Positions 30,488-47,004 of a stretch of 64,000 nucleotides of DNA are shown here, one piece after another. Numbering within the stretch: position 1 is the first letter of the stretch; each line of letters starts with the position of its first letter. Under the pieces are notes generated by a model, which was given only the letters and a program-made list of their open reading frames with translations, was not told where the DNA came from and did no database searches. The stretch is from the human T2T-CHM13v2.0 reference genome, Homo sapiens: assembly GCF_009914755.1 (NCBI RefSeq), contig NC_060935.1; one strand, written 5' to 3'. The translations under genes and the position numbers were made by a program.

Positions 30488-31300
30488 TGTTTGAGCAGCA
30501 TCCTCAAGCTCTGATAGTATTTTCTGCTTTCATTATGCATTAGTTCTGAATTTTATGTAATTTCCAAGATGATTTATCCTTTGACCTCCAGCTATTTTAG
30601 AATGCCCTTTTTCATGTTAAAAATGCATGTTAGATCATCTTGTTGTTGTTGTTTTGGTTTTCTAATTTATTTGCAATCTGATCAGAGACAGGGGTCAATA
30701 TGATACAAATTGATTGACATTTATGAGACTTACTTTATGGGCCAATAGGTAGTCAATTGTTACAAAGCTGAGCCTGGGCAGAACTCGAACTCTCTAATGG
30801 TTGGATCCTGGCAGCTCCATTGCTCTGTTAGATCAGGCTGGTAAATTATCATCCATATCAGTTTGGGCTCCAGAAATTGCAAGTGGCTGATGTCAGACTA
30901 ACTCTCTGCAGAAAACAATGATAAATTCTGGACAACCTATTTTTAAAAACTATTTAAAGGAACTGGTGAGCCATTGAAACCAGGCAGAAACTGATGGGGT
31001 TCAATGTGAGGGAAAAGGCTGGGTCAAGGTCACATTTTTGGGGTTTCTGTCCCAAAGGCACACTCCAGCCCCCTGAGCCAGGCAGCGGGGCTTCAAGCAG
31101 CCAGGGTGAATTTCACTGGAGTTGGGGGTCAGAGGATGAGGGGGTTGGGGTGAGAAAAGAAATCTCAGCTAGGAGGGAGCTACAGGGAGGGGACACCCAA
31201 ATCTTCATCTAACTGATTCCAAATCCTAGGCCTCTAACCCCCAAAACCAAATCTGCACGGAGAGAACTCAAGGAGCCTGGTGAAAGTGGCAGCTGAAAAG

Positions 31301-31496
31301 ATAACCACCCTCATCAAGGACACGCGGAGCTCAGCCTCCGAGTCACACCAGCGTAGGGAAGCGTGATCACCACCTTCATCAAGGACACGCGGAGCTCAGC
31401 CTCCGAGTCACACCAGTGTAGGGAGGCGTGATAACCACCCTCATCAAGGACACGCGGAGCTCAGCCTCGAGTCACACCAGTGTAGGGAAGCGTGAT
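31301..31496. repeat. 65-bp tandem repeat, 3 copies
   Basis: ATAACCACCCTCATCAAGGACACGCGGAGCTCAGCCTCCGAGTCACACCAG.GTAGGGAAGCGTG at 31301, 31366 and 31431. Confidence 0.95.
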
Positions 31497-31628
31497 AGCT
31501 GCCTTGGACATCTGTCAAGACCCCAAGGGTCATTCCTTAGGGGCACAGAGTAAGCTCCAAGATAGGATGTTCCCCCGAGACACATCTAGATATCCCGATA
31601 ACTCTTAAAGAACTCGAATTTATAATTA

Positions 31629-32019
<391 letters not shown>

Positions 32020-32675
32020 GAATGAGGATAAATTCTATGCAATCTCTTCCAGGAAACAGAAGAGGAGGAGGCATTTCCTAGCTTATTTATGAAACCAGCC
32101 TTAGCGTGATGTCAAAACATTCAAAAGTTTAAAGAAGTCTTATAGACTCTCGTATCTTAACCCAATGGAAATTAGAAACCAAATTAATCAATTTTAAAAA
32201 GACCTAGAAAATTTCCCAAATATTTGACAAAGAAAAAAATCACATAGGAAATTAGAAAACATCCGACCCAAATAAAAATGAAAATACAATGCATCAAAAT
32301 TTGTGAGGTGCAGTTTACACTGTGCTTACAAGGAATGGGTAGCTTTAAATGATTTTACTAGTAAAAAAAAAAAAAGATTTGAAATCACTCGTCTAACCTT
32401 CCAACTAAAAACAAAAAAGAAGAGCAAATTAAACCAACTTCGGTGGAAGAAAGGAAATGACAGTGCAGAAATCAAAATCAAAATAAAAATAATAGTAAAA
32501 ATAATAGGGGATAATTAACAAATTGATTAAAAACCCTAGCAAAACTAATGTTTAAAAAGGCAGAAAAAACAATTTACCAACAGCAGGAATGAGAGGATGT
32601 TGGGAGATCTCTCTGCATCGAGCTCTCACACTTCCGTCCTGGACTACGGAAGGAGATTAAAATATGCTTCACTGG

Positions 32676-32967
32676 GGCCGGGCGCGGTGGCTCACGCCTG
32701 TGATCCCAGCACTTTGGGAGGCGGAGGCGGGCGGATCAGGAGGTCAGGAGATCGAGACCATCCTGGCCAACACGGTGAAACCCCGTCTCTATTAAATACA
32801 TGAAATTAACCTGGTGTGGTGGCGCGCGCCTGTAGTCCCAGCTACTCAGGAGGCTGAGGCAGGGGAAGCACTTGAACCCAGGGAGTGGAGATGGTACCAC
32901 TGCACTCCAGCCTGGTGACAGAGCGAGACTCCGACTCAAAAAAAAAATTAAAAATAAAAATTAAAAA
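32676..32967 (+). mobile_element. Alu (Sc/Y-like) inside an LTR
   Basis: Near-full Alu with a right-arm deletion. Confidence 0.93.
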
Positions 32968-33487
32968 TGCTGCACTGGCTGGCATATTAACTATGAGTTA
33001 AAAGTACTTGGAAAACAGCAGGTACAGAAAGATCACCTTGACCTTTGTGCCGTTTCTTAAAAGCAGGAGCTGAAATTCCCACGTGAAATCTGCAACACCC
33101 TTATCTTCAAGAACGAGAAATCTAAGAGAATTCTGTACAGCCCTTGTTAGACTAGCTCTTATCTCTTAAGCCTCCCCGCCTAACTCGCTTGCTTCTTCAC
33201 AGTTTGTTTCTTCGTTTCCTTAGGAAGGCTCCTGAGCCACATAGAACTTCTTTTGAATAAATGTGTGCGCCTTTCTCCTGTCGATCTGTTTCATGCCAAT
33301 TTAATTCTCGGGCCATGCCAGGACCCCAAGAGGATGGAGGTGGAGTTCTGCCACCTTCTACTATCTTTCCAAGGATGTTTGCAGAACCTTAGCAGAGGCA
33401 GTGTCTCCCTGCAGGGCGGAGGGCAGATTGTCCTGGATAATAAAGATGGGGTCCCCCTATGGGCCAAATAAAGATAATGTCTCCCTC

Positions 33488-33516
33488 CAGAGTGAGACTC
33501 CGTCTAAAAAAAAAAA
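33488..33516 (+). mobile_element. Ultra-truncated Alu (18 nt plus A-tail) with 18-bp TSD
   Basis: CAGAGTGAGACTCCGTCT-An flanked by AAAGATAATGTCTCCCTC at 33470-33487 and 33517-33534. Confidence 0.85.
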
Positions 33517-34028
33517 AAAGATAATGTCTCCCTCTGGGCAGGTTTGATAGCAGGTCTTTATGAAATATTGGGGCTTCCTAAACTTGGGGTTCCTCGTCTG
33601 GGACTCAGAACTACCACATCCAAAGCACCTGCCTGAGCTGTTCCTCATCCCCCGTGAGACTTGGGGACCAGCACGAAGCTCCTGCTGCCTGACGAGCTTG
33701 AGGAATCGAGTGCTTGCTCTCCGGGAGTCTCTGCCTGCACCTGGGCAACTGAGCGAGATATATGTTAGCTGGGTGGGAGGGCACATGGAGGGAGGAAATG
33801 GAAAACCTGCACAAATGGAGAGACAGACCATCACGTCCAGTAATCGGAAGACTCGAGGGTGTTAAGGTGGCAGCTATCTTCAGATTTCTCTACAGATTTT
33901 ACACAATCCAAATCAAATACCATCAGGATTCCAAAACATATGTGGAAAGGCAAAGGAACTAGAAGAGCCAAATTAATGTTTACAAAGTTGGGAGGGTCAT
34001 ACTACTCCATTTCCAGATAAAATTTATT

Positions 34029-34440
<412 letters not shown>

Positions 34441-34786
34441 TTAATTTTTGACAAAGATACAAAGTAAATCAATTGAGAGCGGATTGTCTTTCACTAAATG
34501 ATGCTGGAAAAATTAGACATTAACTGCAAACGAAGCAAATGAAAAACCTCGAGCTATGCCTCATACTCACACAAAAATGAATTCAAAGTAGATCACGGAC
34601 CTAACTGTAAAACGTAGCACCAAAAAACTTAAAAAGAAGCAGCATAGGAGAAAAATCTGCATGAGCCTGAGTGAGGCAGAGTTCTCAGACAGGATTTGCC
34701 AGTGGAAGGATTGATGAGTTGGACTTCACCAAAACAAAACTTTCAGTCTTCAAATGGCACTGTTAAGAAAAGGAAAAGATAAGCTA

Positions 34787-35153
<367 letters not shown>

Positions 35154-35284
35154 TAGAGAATTCTCAAAACATAACAATAAAAAACCCCCAAAACCCAATA
35201 AAGCAAAGGGTAAAAGATTTGAGCTTTACTAGAGACACGGGGCTGTCAACGGAGCACATGAAAAAATGCTCAGCATCGTGAGTA

Positions 35285-35778
35285 TGTTACTGAAAATCCA
35301 GGGCTTCAGTCCAGGTCCTGCCATGCATTGCACAGAAAGCCAATCGCTGAGACAAGTACTGCCAGGGAAGAAGGCTTTAATTGGGTGCTGCAGCTGAGGT
35401 GATGGGAAATCAGTGTCAAATCCATCTCCCCAACCAGCTAAAATCAGGGGCTTATATGGCAGAGGAGAAATGTAAACCACTTGTGGGAAACAGGAAATAG
35501 AGAGGCCTAAGAAAGAGTTGGTCAGCAGTAAGCAGGTGGTGGGTTAGGCAGTCATAACGGGTGAGGGGTCCAGCATCTCATTTTCCAAATGCAGAGATCT
35601 GGTGAGTTTCAGCTCCTTGACACTATCTGGGAGACATGATGGCTGGTTTCCGGAGAAGGGAACTCAGAGATAAGACAAATGTAACTCTCTCAAGTTTTAA
35701 GACTGGGAGGATCAATTTCTATGTTTATTCAAAAGAAACCATCGACATCACCTCTATGGGACAGTTGGGTTGGTTTCA
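35285..35778 (-). mobile_element. ERV1 solo LTR (LTR26/LTR8-like)
   Basis: Minus strand TGAAACCAACCCAACTGTCCCATAGA...ATTAAAGCC...AGTAACA with TG..CA termini. Confidence 0.65.
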
Positions 35779-35858
35779 GTATTAAGAAAATTCAAAATAA
35801 ATCCACAACGAGTTACCACTACATATTTATTAGAATAGTAAGTTAAAAGAAAATAACA

Positions 35859-36163
35859 GGCCAGGCGCGGTGGCTCATGCTTGTAATCCCAGCACTTTGG
35901 GAGGCTGAGGCAGGAGGATCACTTGAGGCCAGGAGTTTGAGGCCAGCCTGGCCAACATGGTAAACCCCATTTCTGTCAAAAATACAGAAATCAGCTGGGT
36001 GTGGTGGCACACGCCTGTAGTCCCAGCTGCTCGGGAGGCTGAGGTGGGAAGACAGTTTGAACCTGGGAGGTGGACGCTGCAGTGAGTGAGATCGCGCCAC
36101 TGCACACCAGCCTGGGTGACAGAGCCAGACCCTGTCTCAAAATAAATAAATAAATAAATAAAA
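35859..36163 (+). mobile_element. Alu (J/S-like)
   Basis: Full-length Alu. Confidence 0.94.
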
Positions 36164-37098
36164 ATTTAAAAACGAGAAGCACTGCATGCCAGGAGGATGT
36201 GGAGTGTGGAGTGGCCAGAACCTTGCCCGTCGCTGCTGGAAAGGTGAGACGGGGCAGCCATGCTGGCAAGCGGTCAGGCAGCTTCTTGTAGAGTCTAAGG
36301 TGTGCTCAGATGTGATCTGCCATCAACTCCAAGGTATCTGGAGTGAAACAAAAGCTCATGTTCACACAAGCACCTGTACACACATGTTTAAAACAGCATT
36401 ATTCATTAGCATGAGTTGTTACAAACAACCCCAAAGCCCTTCAATGTACGAACAGACAAACGTACTGAGATAGACCTGTGCACGGAATATTCCTAAGCAA
36501 AAAAAGGAACCAATTGCCTGTCCGGGTGGCAACGCGGATGGCTCTCAAATGCGTCATGCTGAGTGAGAAAGGCCAGACCTACAGGCTGCACGATTCCAAT
36601 TGTGTGACATTCTGGAAATGACAGAAACTATAGGGACCAAAAATGGGTCAGTGACTGCCAGGAGTGAAGGGTGGGAGGGTTGACCACAAAAAGGAAGCTT
36701 CAGGGACAATTTTGTGGTGACAGGATTGCTCTAGATCCTGGTTTTAGTGGAAGTTATGTAACTGTATGTATTCATCAAAACTCACAGACCTGTACACGCA
36801 CAAACAAGTGAAGTTCACTGTCCGTAAAATAAAAACTGCATTTAAAGACACAATATTCATTCTTTCAAAAGTTTACTGTCAATCAGTCAATCTCCTCCTC
36901 CTCCTCCTCTCTGGGAATGTGAGGTCCTTATAACCTCAAACTCTAATCTCTCTCTCCTATTCTTAGGTATTATAGGTGAGTATTTTATTTCTACTTTTTT
37001 TTAAACCCCTATGGCTTGTTTTATTATTTCTAAGTTAATTTTTTTTAGTTGTACATAAATGTTAACCAGTTAATTAACTCATCATTTCTTCTTGTGCC

Positions 37099-37383
37099 TT
37101 TTTTTTTGAGATGGGGTCTCATTCTGTCACCCACTGGTGCAATCTTGGCTCACTGCAGCCTTGAACTCCAGGGCTCAAGCGATCCTCCCACCTCAGCCCC
37201 CCAAGTAGCTGGGACTACAAATGCGTGCCACCATGCCCCTAATTTTTTTTTTTTTTTTTTTTTGGTAGAGACACGGTTTTGGTATGTTGCCCAGGCTGGT
37301 CTCAACCTCCTGGGCTCAAGTGATCCTTTAGCCTCAGCCTCCCAAAGTGCTGGGATTAGAGGCGTGAGCTACGGTGCCCGGCC
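37099..37383 (-). mobile_element. Alu (J-like)
   Basis: Near-full Alu. Confidence 0.93.
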
Positions 37384-37547
37384 TTCTTCTTGTGCTTGAT
37401 GAGTCTTCCTGGCTAGAATTTCTTCCTGAAATCGACTCATTAATAGTTTCTTTAGTTTGACTCAATTCAATTTAGTTAATTGAATTTGGTATGCAAATAA
37501 AACACCTTCATTTCCTCCCAGGTCTTGAATAATCATTAGATGGGTAA

Positions 37548-37991
<444 letters not shown>

Positions 37992-38339
37992 TAGCCATCT
38001 TTTGTTGGGTGATCTGGCACGATCCTAAATTGTGTGAACATCGTTCTCTTGCCTTTTCTTCTGGCTACTGTTTATGAACGCCTCCCCAACTCGTCTCCAT
38101 CAGTTTCTCTGGCTTTTCCAGTTTGTATACAGGACATCCTGTCAGGTGAAGTGCCTGTTCAGGTCATTTGCCCATTTTTGATCAAATGATCCCCATATCC
38201 TCACTGATTTCCAGGAGCCCTTTTTATTCTGGACACCTGTCCTTTTCAGTGATAAGTGTGGCAAATATCTTCTCCAGCTCCATAGATTATCTTCCCACTG
38301 CTTATGGAGATTTGTTTTATCAACTTTATTAAGATATGA

Positions 38340-38550
<211 letters not shown>

Positions 38551-38969
38551 GGAGTTTCTCATGCTTCTTTAGACCATGGCTGGGGCTCCTTTCGGCAGTG
38601 ATCACGTCCACTTCTCATCTCCGTTCCATTCTCTCTCTAAGGCTCCACCACCTGCTAGATGCTCTCCTGCATCCCGCCTCACCCATCGCGCCTGCTGGTT
38701 CTGCCTCCCGCATGCTTTTGTCTTCCTTCCAGTTCACGAATTCTCTTTCAAGGGGCACCCACTTGCTAGCAGGTCCGTTTCCGCCACCACCGAGGTTTTT
38801 CTATTTTTTAATTCTAGAATTTCCATTTGATTCTTTTTCATAATTTCAAGTTTTATGCCAGATTTGGTTTATCTAATTTCTTGAAGATAAGACTCAGAGT
38901 TACATTAAAGAGATACATGACAATATTCCCCGTGCAATGGCTCATGTGAGGCAGCCCCCCAGCCATAAC

Positions 38970-39692
<723 letters not shown>

Positions 39693-40270
39693 TGGCACAG
39701 CTCGAACAGCGAGAATCTGTTGTCTCTCAGTCCCGGAGGCTGGAGTCTGAGATCAACCTGTGGCAGGGCTGTTTCTTCCCAGGCCGCTCTCCATGGCTTG
39801 CAGACGCTGCCTTCTCCCTGTGTGCCCTCAGAGCCGTCCCTCGGTGTGTGTTTGTCCTTACCTCTCCTTCTTGTAGGGACACAGCCACACTGAATTAGGG
39901 CTTTCCCTGGAGACCTCATTTTAACTTAATTGCCACTTTAAAGATTCCATCTCAAACAGCCTGACTAACATGGTGAAACCCCATCTCTATTAAAAATATA
40001 AAAAATTTAGCCAGGCGTGGTGGCACACACCTGTAATCTCAGCCACTTTGGGAGGCTGAGGCAGGATAATCACTTGAACCCACCCGGGAGGCATAGGTTG
40101 CAGTGAGCCGAGATTGTGCCACTGCACTTCAGCCTGGGTGACAGAGTGAGACTCTGTCTCAAAAAAAAACAAAAAGAAGATCCCATCTCGAGCTACAATC
40201 ACATCGTTAGGCACCGAGAACTAGGATTGCAACATGTGAATTTTGAGAGGACACAATTTAGCCCATAACA
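39693..40270 (-). mobile_element. MLT1A-like LTR split by an Alu
   Basis: GGAGGCTGGAGTCTGAGATCAA..GACACAATTTAGCCCATAACA. Confidence 0.7.
39955..40175 (+). mobile_element. 5'-truncated Alu inside an MLT1
   Basis: AAGATYCCATCTC on both sides (TSD-like). Confidence 0.9.
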
Positions 40271-41852
40271 CAACTGCTCAAAGCGCATTTGGGAGGTTGC
40301 AGAAGTGAAAGGATTTCTGTGTCCCCAAACCGGGGGCCCACAGGGGCCGCCTTCTCTATGACCAGACCTCATGCAGAAAGACTTTGATTTGAAAGTGAGA
40401 TCAGACCCGTCTCCTGGAGGCTGCAAGCTCCGGGGGAGTCAGGAATGGAATAGGATCTCAGGCCCTTGGGCAGCACCCGACCCCCGACGGCAGCGCCAGT
40501 GTGTCCCAAAGAGGAGCCTGCAGGGAAAAGATGCTGATGTTGAACGGGGCCAGGCCATGGTGCATGGCGAGCCTGAGTGGCACTGTGTTAGGACAAACAA
40601 GAAATCCTCCCCTTGCAGAAGGCTCTGGGCCTGGGCCTGGCCTGTGTCCCCTCCCCTGCAAGGAACCACCCTTCCTCCATGGAGGGGCAGCTTGGTGGGC
40701 CTGTCCATCAACTGGTGGCTGTGGCCATGCTCCCCGAGAAGGAAGACCGTGTCATTCCAGGGACTGCTCATGGGCTCCCGGACCAGGAAGCCTGAATGGG
40801 TTCTTTGGTTCTTTCTTCTGGTCTGACGGCTGCCCCTCCTTCCAATAAATGCCCTCTTTTCTTCCTGGCTTAAGTTCGCCAGCTTCAGTTTGTGTTATTG
40901 CAACCAGAGAGCCTTAACCATCCCCAGGGCTCTGTGATGATTCCACTGGAATTTCCCGGTGGTGGTGGGGCACTGAGGCCCTGGGGAGGCTACGGCCCTA
41001 GGAGGCTGGGCCTGGGGCATGGGCGGCCAGGAGCCTGCTGGGTGGCTGGGCGCTCTGGGCATCACGTCCAGGGCCTTCCCGGGAGAAAGGCCAGATACAG
41101 GCCCAAACACCAAGCTCTTTCCCTCCCTTCCCCAGGAGAAGGGCCCCATGGGAGCAGGGGTGTCTCCTTCCATAAACGGACAGGGGCTGGGCTCACGTGT
41201 GAGTCCCCTAGAAGGGGTGACAACTTCTGGCCTTTCTGAGAATACTCCAGGATGACAAGGTGGGGAGATGTGGAGCTGCAAGAAGTGCTAGCATGTTCCT
41301 CGGGAATGAGGAGATCTCAGAGTCATGAGGGCTTAACCCACATTGTAGTGGGCCCAGGAATGGGACTAACTTCTGGATAAACTCAGGGAGAATGCACCAG
41401 AAGACAGCAGCCCACAGAGCTGCCTTGCCACGCATTCCCGGGATGAAGGCAGCTGAGGCAGGAGCTCTAGGCTGGCTAAGGACACAGGTGTCATCCAGGA
41501 CCACTTGATGGCAGCTGGGGCCACCCAAACTGCCTCAAAACCTACAAACGGTGGCTGTGTTGGCCGTGCATGGGGCACCCCATGTAAGAGCAAATGGCGC
41601 AGGTGACCCACCTGTTGGAGTGGGTCTGGTTGGACAAACCAAGGGGTGTCCACGCTGGGGAGCCTCTGTGGCTGACAGTGGGTGAGAGGCTCTGGGCAAA
41701 GCTGTGGCTGGTCTCCCAGACCCGTGTCTGGGGCACTCAACATGGGGCAGACCAGATGGGGATTAACACACTGTCGTTTACTAAGAAAGGTTTTGGGGTG
41801 TGAATAAATATCTTTTAAAAGATGGAACTGTCAATCAAAGCTTGCAAAAAGA

Positions 41853-42150
41853 GACCGGGCGCCATGGCTCATGCCTGTAATCCCAGCACTTCGGGAGGAT
41901 GAGGCGGGCAGATCACATGAGGCTAGGAGTTTGAGACCAGCCTGGGCAACATGGCGAAATCCCGTCTCTACTAAAAATACAAAAATTAGCCAGGTGAGGT
42001 GGTGGGCGCCTGCAGCCCCACCTACTCAGGAGGCTGAGGCAGGAGAACGACTTGAACCCAGGAGGCGGAGGTTGCAGTGAGCCGAGATCACACCACTGCA
42101 CTCCAGCCTGGGCAATACAGCGAGACTCTGTCTCAAAAAAATAAAAATAA
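41853..42150 (+). mobile_element. Alu (S-like) with TSD
   Basis: AAAGCTTGCAAAAAG on both sides. Confidence 0.95.
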
Positions 42151-42393
42151 AGCTTGCAAAAAGGGGCAAGGGGCACCTGAAAGAGACAGCAACCAGGATG
42201 CTGAGCAACCTGCCTGTGCCCTGTAGTTTTTTCAGTCATAAAACAGTTCACATAAAACAGTTCACAGTCATAAAACGGTTCAGATAAACGTATGCACTCC
42301 AAGAAGTCAAGAAAGAAACTTAAAATCCTGTAGGTAAATTAGAAATATCAGTATGATTCCATGATATATTTACCTTTAAAAATATATATTTCC

Positions 42394-42952
<559 letters not shown>

Positions 42953-43359
42953 TTAGAAGATGGTAAATTTTGTTACACATATTTTACCACCATACAAAAA
43001 CTGGAAAAATAGGTCTTGCCTAATTCTGTCCACAGTAAAAGCTTAGAAACAATGAAAATAGACTAGTAGCAATGAGCACCCTGGCACCCAAAGTGGGACC
43101 TCTAAATACCCACCAAACTCCCTTCAAAAAGAACCGTGAACCCTTGGAGAAATGACTGGTTCTGGGCTGAGCCATGACATAGCCATGACATAAGATAAAC
43201 CTGGAACTTCTCATTGCATCAGAAAGCTAAGAAACAATCAAAGACTACTGAGGTCATTTCAAGATGACATACCAGTCAACTTAAATGTATCCCCATTGAC
43301 CAAATGTGGGACCACATGGTCACCAGTAAAGACAATAAGTTCAATGAATGGAAGGGCAT

Positions 43360-43910
43360 TGTGTCAGGCACACCCTAATGCGGCCTCCAGTGAGTAATGG
43401 CCTTATTTAATCCCCTGCCCTGAGGCAGGGCAGAATCTGTGATTTTTCTTTGACTGAGAGATTAAAGCAAAAGTGAAGAGACTTTGCAGATATAATTAAG
43501 TTCCTAACCAGTTGACTTTGAGTTAATCAAAAGGAGATTTTTCTCAGTGGTCCTGACTTAACAGGCAAGCCCTTTGTAAGAGAGTCTAGGGCTTCTCTGA
43601 AGTTAGAGACTCGAAGGGGCAGAGACCCTCTCTCTCTGTTGCTGGCTTTGAAGGAGGAAGCTGCCATGAATTCTGCAACTTCATGGAAATAAGTTCTGCC
43701 AAAACCTAAATGAGCCTGGAAGCTGCTCCCTCCCTAGTTGGGTCTCCAGATGAGAACACAGCCTGGCTGACAGCTTGATCTCAAGCTAGTGAGACCCTGA
43801 GTGAGGAATCTGGCTAAGCTATACCAGGACATCTGGCATACAGAAGTGCATATACTAAATGGGAGCTTTATGTTTGTGGCAATTTGTTCCACAGCCATTG
43901 AGAATTACTG
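43360..43910 (+). mobile_element. MLT1 (MaLR) LTR
   Basis: GACTTTGCAGATATAATTAAG..CCAGTTGACTTTGAGTTAATCAAAAGGAGATT. Confidence 0.75.
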
Positions 43911-44129
43911 CACACATTCAATACAGTACATTTAAGTAATATACTTCAATTTATGATTTCACAATAATATATATTTAAAATAATCAATATTTTTCTCTGC
44001 CTTCCCTGTACCAAATATTTGATGTGGGAAAGTGTATCTTTAGAAGAACTCTTGCAAATAAATGCTGAAGAAATACCAAGTTTAGAAAATTGCAATTTTG
44101 CAACCCCTAATGAAATGATGGATCTAGGG

Positions 44130-44833
44130 CAGTGGTCCTCAACTGGGGGCAGTTTTGCCCCTCTGGCAATATCTACAGGTATTTTTGATTGTTGTAACTG
44201 AGAGTTGCTGTAGGGATCAGGGATGCTGACAAATATCCTAAAGTGCACAGGACAGCCCCACAGCAAACATTATCTGGCTGGGTTAGAAAGACCCTAAGGT
44301 GAACCACAGTGATTTCTGCTTCCTGTTGGCTGTGCTTCTGTGTTGTCCCCTCTCCTTGAAAGTGTTAACCAACAGAATATGGCAAAGGTGGTAGATGTCA
44401 CACCTGGGATTATATTATAGTATATAATATTCTGGAGTCACTCTCTCTGTCTCCTGCTGGCCTTGAAGAAGCAAGAGCCATGTGTGAACTGCCTTTGAGG
44501 GGCCCACAAGACTGGGAACTATGGGTGGCCTGCAGGAAGTGAGGACCTCAGTGCTACAACCACAAGGACCTGAATTCTACCAACAAGCTAAGTGAATGCA
44601 AAGCAGGCCCTGTCCCAGTTGGACCTTCAGATGAGAATGCAGCCCCAGCTGACACCATGGGATCCTGAGGTAGAGAACCCAGCTAAGTTGTGCCCCAGGC
44701 TTCTACCCACAAAAACTGTGAGATAAGAAACATGTGTTGTTCTAAGCCACTAAGTTTGTGGCAATTTGTTCCACACCATAGAAAACTAACAGCCTGGCCC
44801 CAAATGCCCACAATGCCAAGACTGAGAAACCTA
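44130..44833. mobile_element. MER20-like element split by an MLT1 LTR (about 44280-44790)
   Basis: CAGTGGTCCTCAACTGGGGGCAGTTTTGCCC..CACAGGACAGCCCC, resuming as GGCCCCAAATG..GACTGAGAAACC. Confidence 0.65.
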
Positions 44834-44864
44834 ACTTAGGGCTTGTTGTTGTGGTTGTTTTCTA

Positions 44865-45648
44865 CAAGGGCTGAGTTGCAAACACATCTGTCTTTGCAGG
44901 CCATTTGCTCTCTGTCATTGTGTCTGTTTTTTATCACTGTGTAATAAATCACCACAAACCCAGCTGTGAAACAAATCCTGTGCATCCTGTGGAACAGAGC
45001 TCTGGGCATTCCTGTAGGGCTTTTTCCTTAGGTCCTCACTGGCTGAGAGCAGATGCCAGCCAGGCTGGGCTCCTCTCTGGAGGTGCTGGGGAAGACTCCA
45101 CTCTCGGGGCATTCACAGTGTGGACACAATTCGGTTCTTGTGTTTGTAGGTCCCCATCTTCCTGCTGGCTGTAGGCAGGGTGACTCTCTGCAGGAGGTCG
45201 TGCTCAGTCCTTTCCCCTGGTTCATGGAGAGCCTTCCTCGAGGAGAATCACTGTGAATCCCTCTCAATTTCTCTCCTACCACCAGCTGGGGGGTAAAAAA
45301 AACAACCCAAACTCTGCTTTTACAGGGCTCATGGGATTCAACCAGGCCCACCCTGATCCTCTCTCTATTTTAAAGTCAACTCATTAGCAGCCTAAACTTT
45401 ATCCGCAAAATGCCTTTTGCCAGACAACATAACACACTCACAAGGGTGAGAATTATTCACAATTCTGGGAATCACGGCACAAAGTCTGGGGGGACCTTCT
45501 TGGAATCACCACAGCCATGGTACCATGAAAGCAGTCACAGATGGTACATAAGTGAATGAGTGGGGGCCATGTTCCAATAAAACTTTATTTACAAAAACAG
45601 ATGGGGAATAAGATTTGGCCGGGGGCGACTGTAGTTTGCTGACCCCTG
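44865..45648. mobile_element. MER58-like element split by an antisense MLT1 LTR (about 44920-45515)
   Basis: GTTCCAATAAAACTTTATTTACAAAAACAG..TAGTTTGCTGACCCCTG. Left part CTTTGCAGGCCAT..TCTCTGTC. Confidence 0.6.
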
Positions 45649-47004
45649 TTCTAGGAAATGTCACCAGCAGCTGCTAAAACCATGAAAAGAAAAGCCACTG
45701 GGCACTTAGTGGCTTATGGCTGTAGCTGGCTACACCCAAACCTACTCACTGATCAGCCCCATATCCCAGGAGGAAGTTCCAGGACATCCAGTGCCTCCCG
45801 CCATGCACAAAGGAAGTGCCATCTCCCTCCATGAAGCGGCCTTGCCAAAAGGCTTGACCTTACACTGATCAGGCCTCAGCACTATAGAGTAAGGAAAGAC
45901 ACCTGAAACGCTGTGTTGCGACTTGTGAAACCCAGAATGTTGGGAACTCCTTAGGATGAGCGCCCTTGCTTCTTCAACAAATAAGTGGCAAGAATGAAAA
46001 GACAGAGGCACTAATTGATCAAAGGGGGCTCCAGAGGCGCAGGAGCAAGATGGCACATGAGTTCCATGTGGGGTGACTTGAAGACACCATCCGTAAGATC
46101 CATTGATGAGACAATGGGGGAAATTTGAGCCCTGTCCAGGTTTGATCATATTTAAGAATTACTGGTATTTGTTTAGCTGTGAAAATGGATTTTTGAAAAA
46201 GCGTTCTTATCTTTTGGGAACATGAGAAGAGAGACAGAGGCCCACTGCGGCTTGCTAGAATAAAAGGAATCTAGAGAGGGTGTTGCAGGGTGGGAGGCAC
46301 TGGCTGGCTGTTTGGCGGTACTCATGGAATCTAAGGAAGCCTTGGAATGTTTCTGTGTGTGTGTAAAATTCTCCCAATAGAGGGTTTGGGAATAATCTGC
46401 CTTCAGACTACAAGGCAAGCTTCAAACGGAAAGGCCCAGGGGCCAGGGGAGCCCCTCAGAGCTGTGGGTACCTGGCTTTCTCTCCACCAAGCACTCCAGG
46501 TAAACATGGGTTGTGACTTGTTACGGAGAAATTGCCCCTGGGCATTTGTGAGTCAGGGATGCTGTGTGCCAGAGTGTGGCCAGCAGCAGCTTTTAGGACT
46601 CCTTCCCTCCATGTGGCCCTGGGGGCCACTGTTCAAGTTCCCAAGGGACAACCCAGCTTCCCTCCACCTTGGCCTTGGCAGCTGAACGCCTAATTCCTGA
46701 GAAGCCTAAAATCACCCAGGGACCGCCCAGTGGGTCTTAAAAGTTTGCTCCTGCACCATCCTACTCACTCAGCACAGCTACAAGCTGCAACAGATATTCG
46801 GTACATAGGAGCTTGAGAACAACGGGGCCACACCTACAATGCGGCAGCTTACGAATCGCGCCAGACCCAGCAAGCCAGGATGACAGCCACTGACTATTAC
46901 CATGAGAATCTTGGGGCCTGCGTGTCCAGCACCACCTCCATGACTGCATAAAGTCATACATGGGAGGGAGGGAGGAGAAGAAGGAGGGAGAGAAGGCAAA
47001 ATGG

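Larger units (their letters stand above)
32648..33660 (+). mobile_element. ERV1-class LTR sequence (MER34/MER39-like), interrupted by Alu insertions
   Basis: Starts GAAGGAGATTAAAATATGC. AATAAA at 33256. Contains AAAGATAATGTCTCCCTC motifs. Confidence 0.5.
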
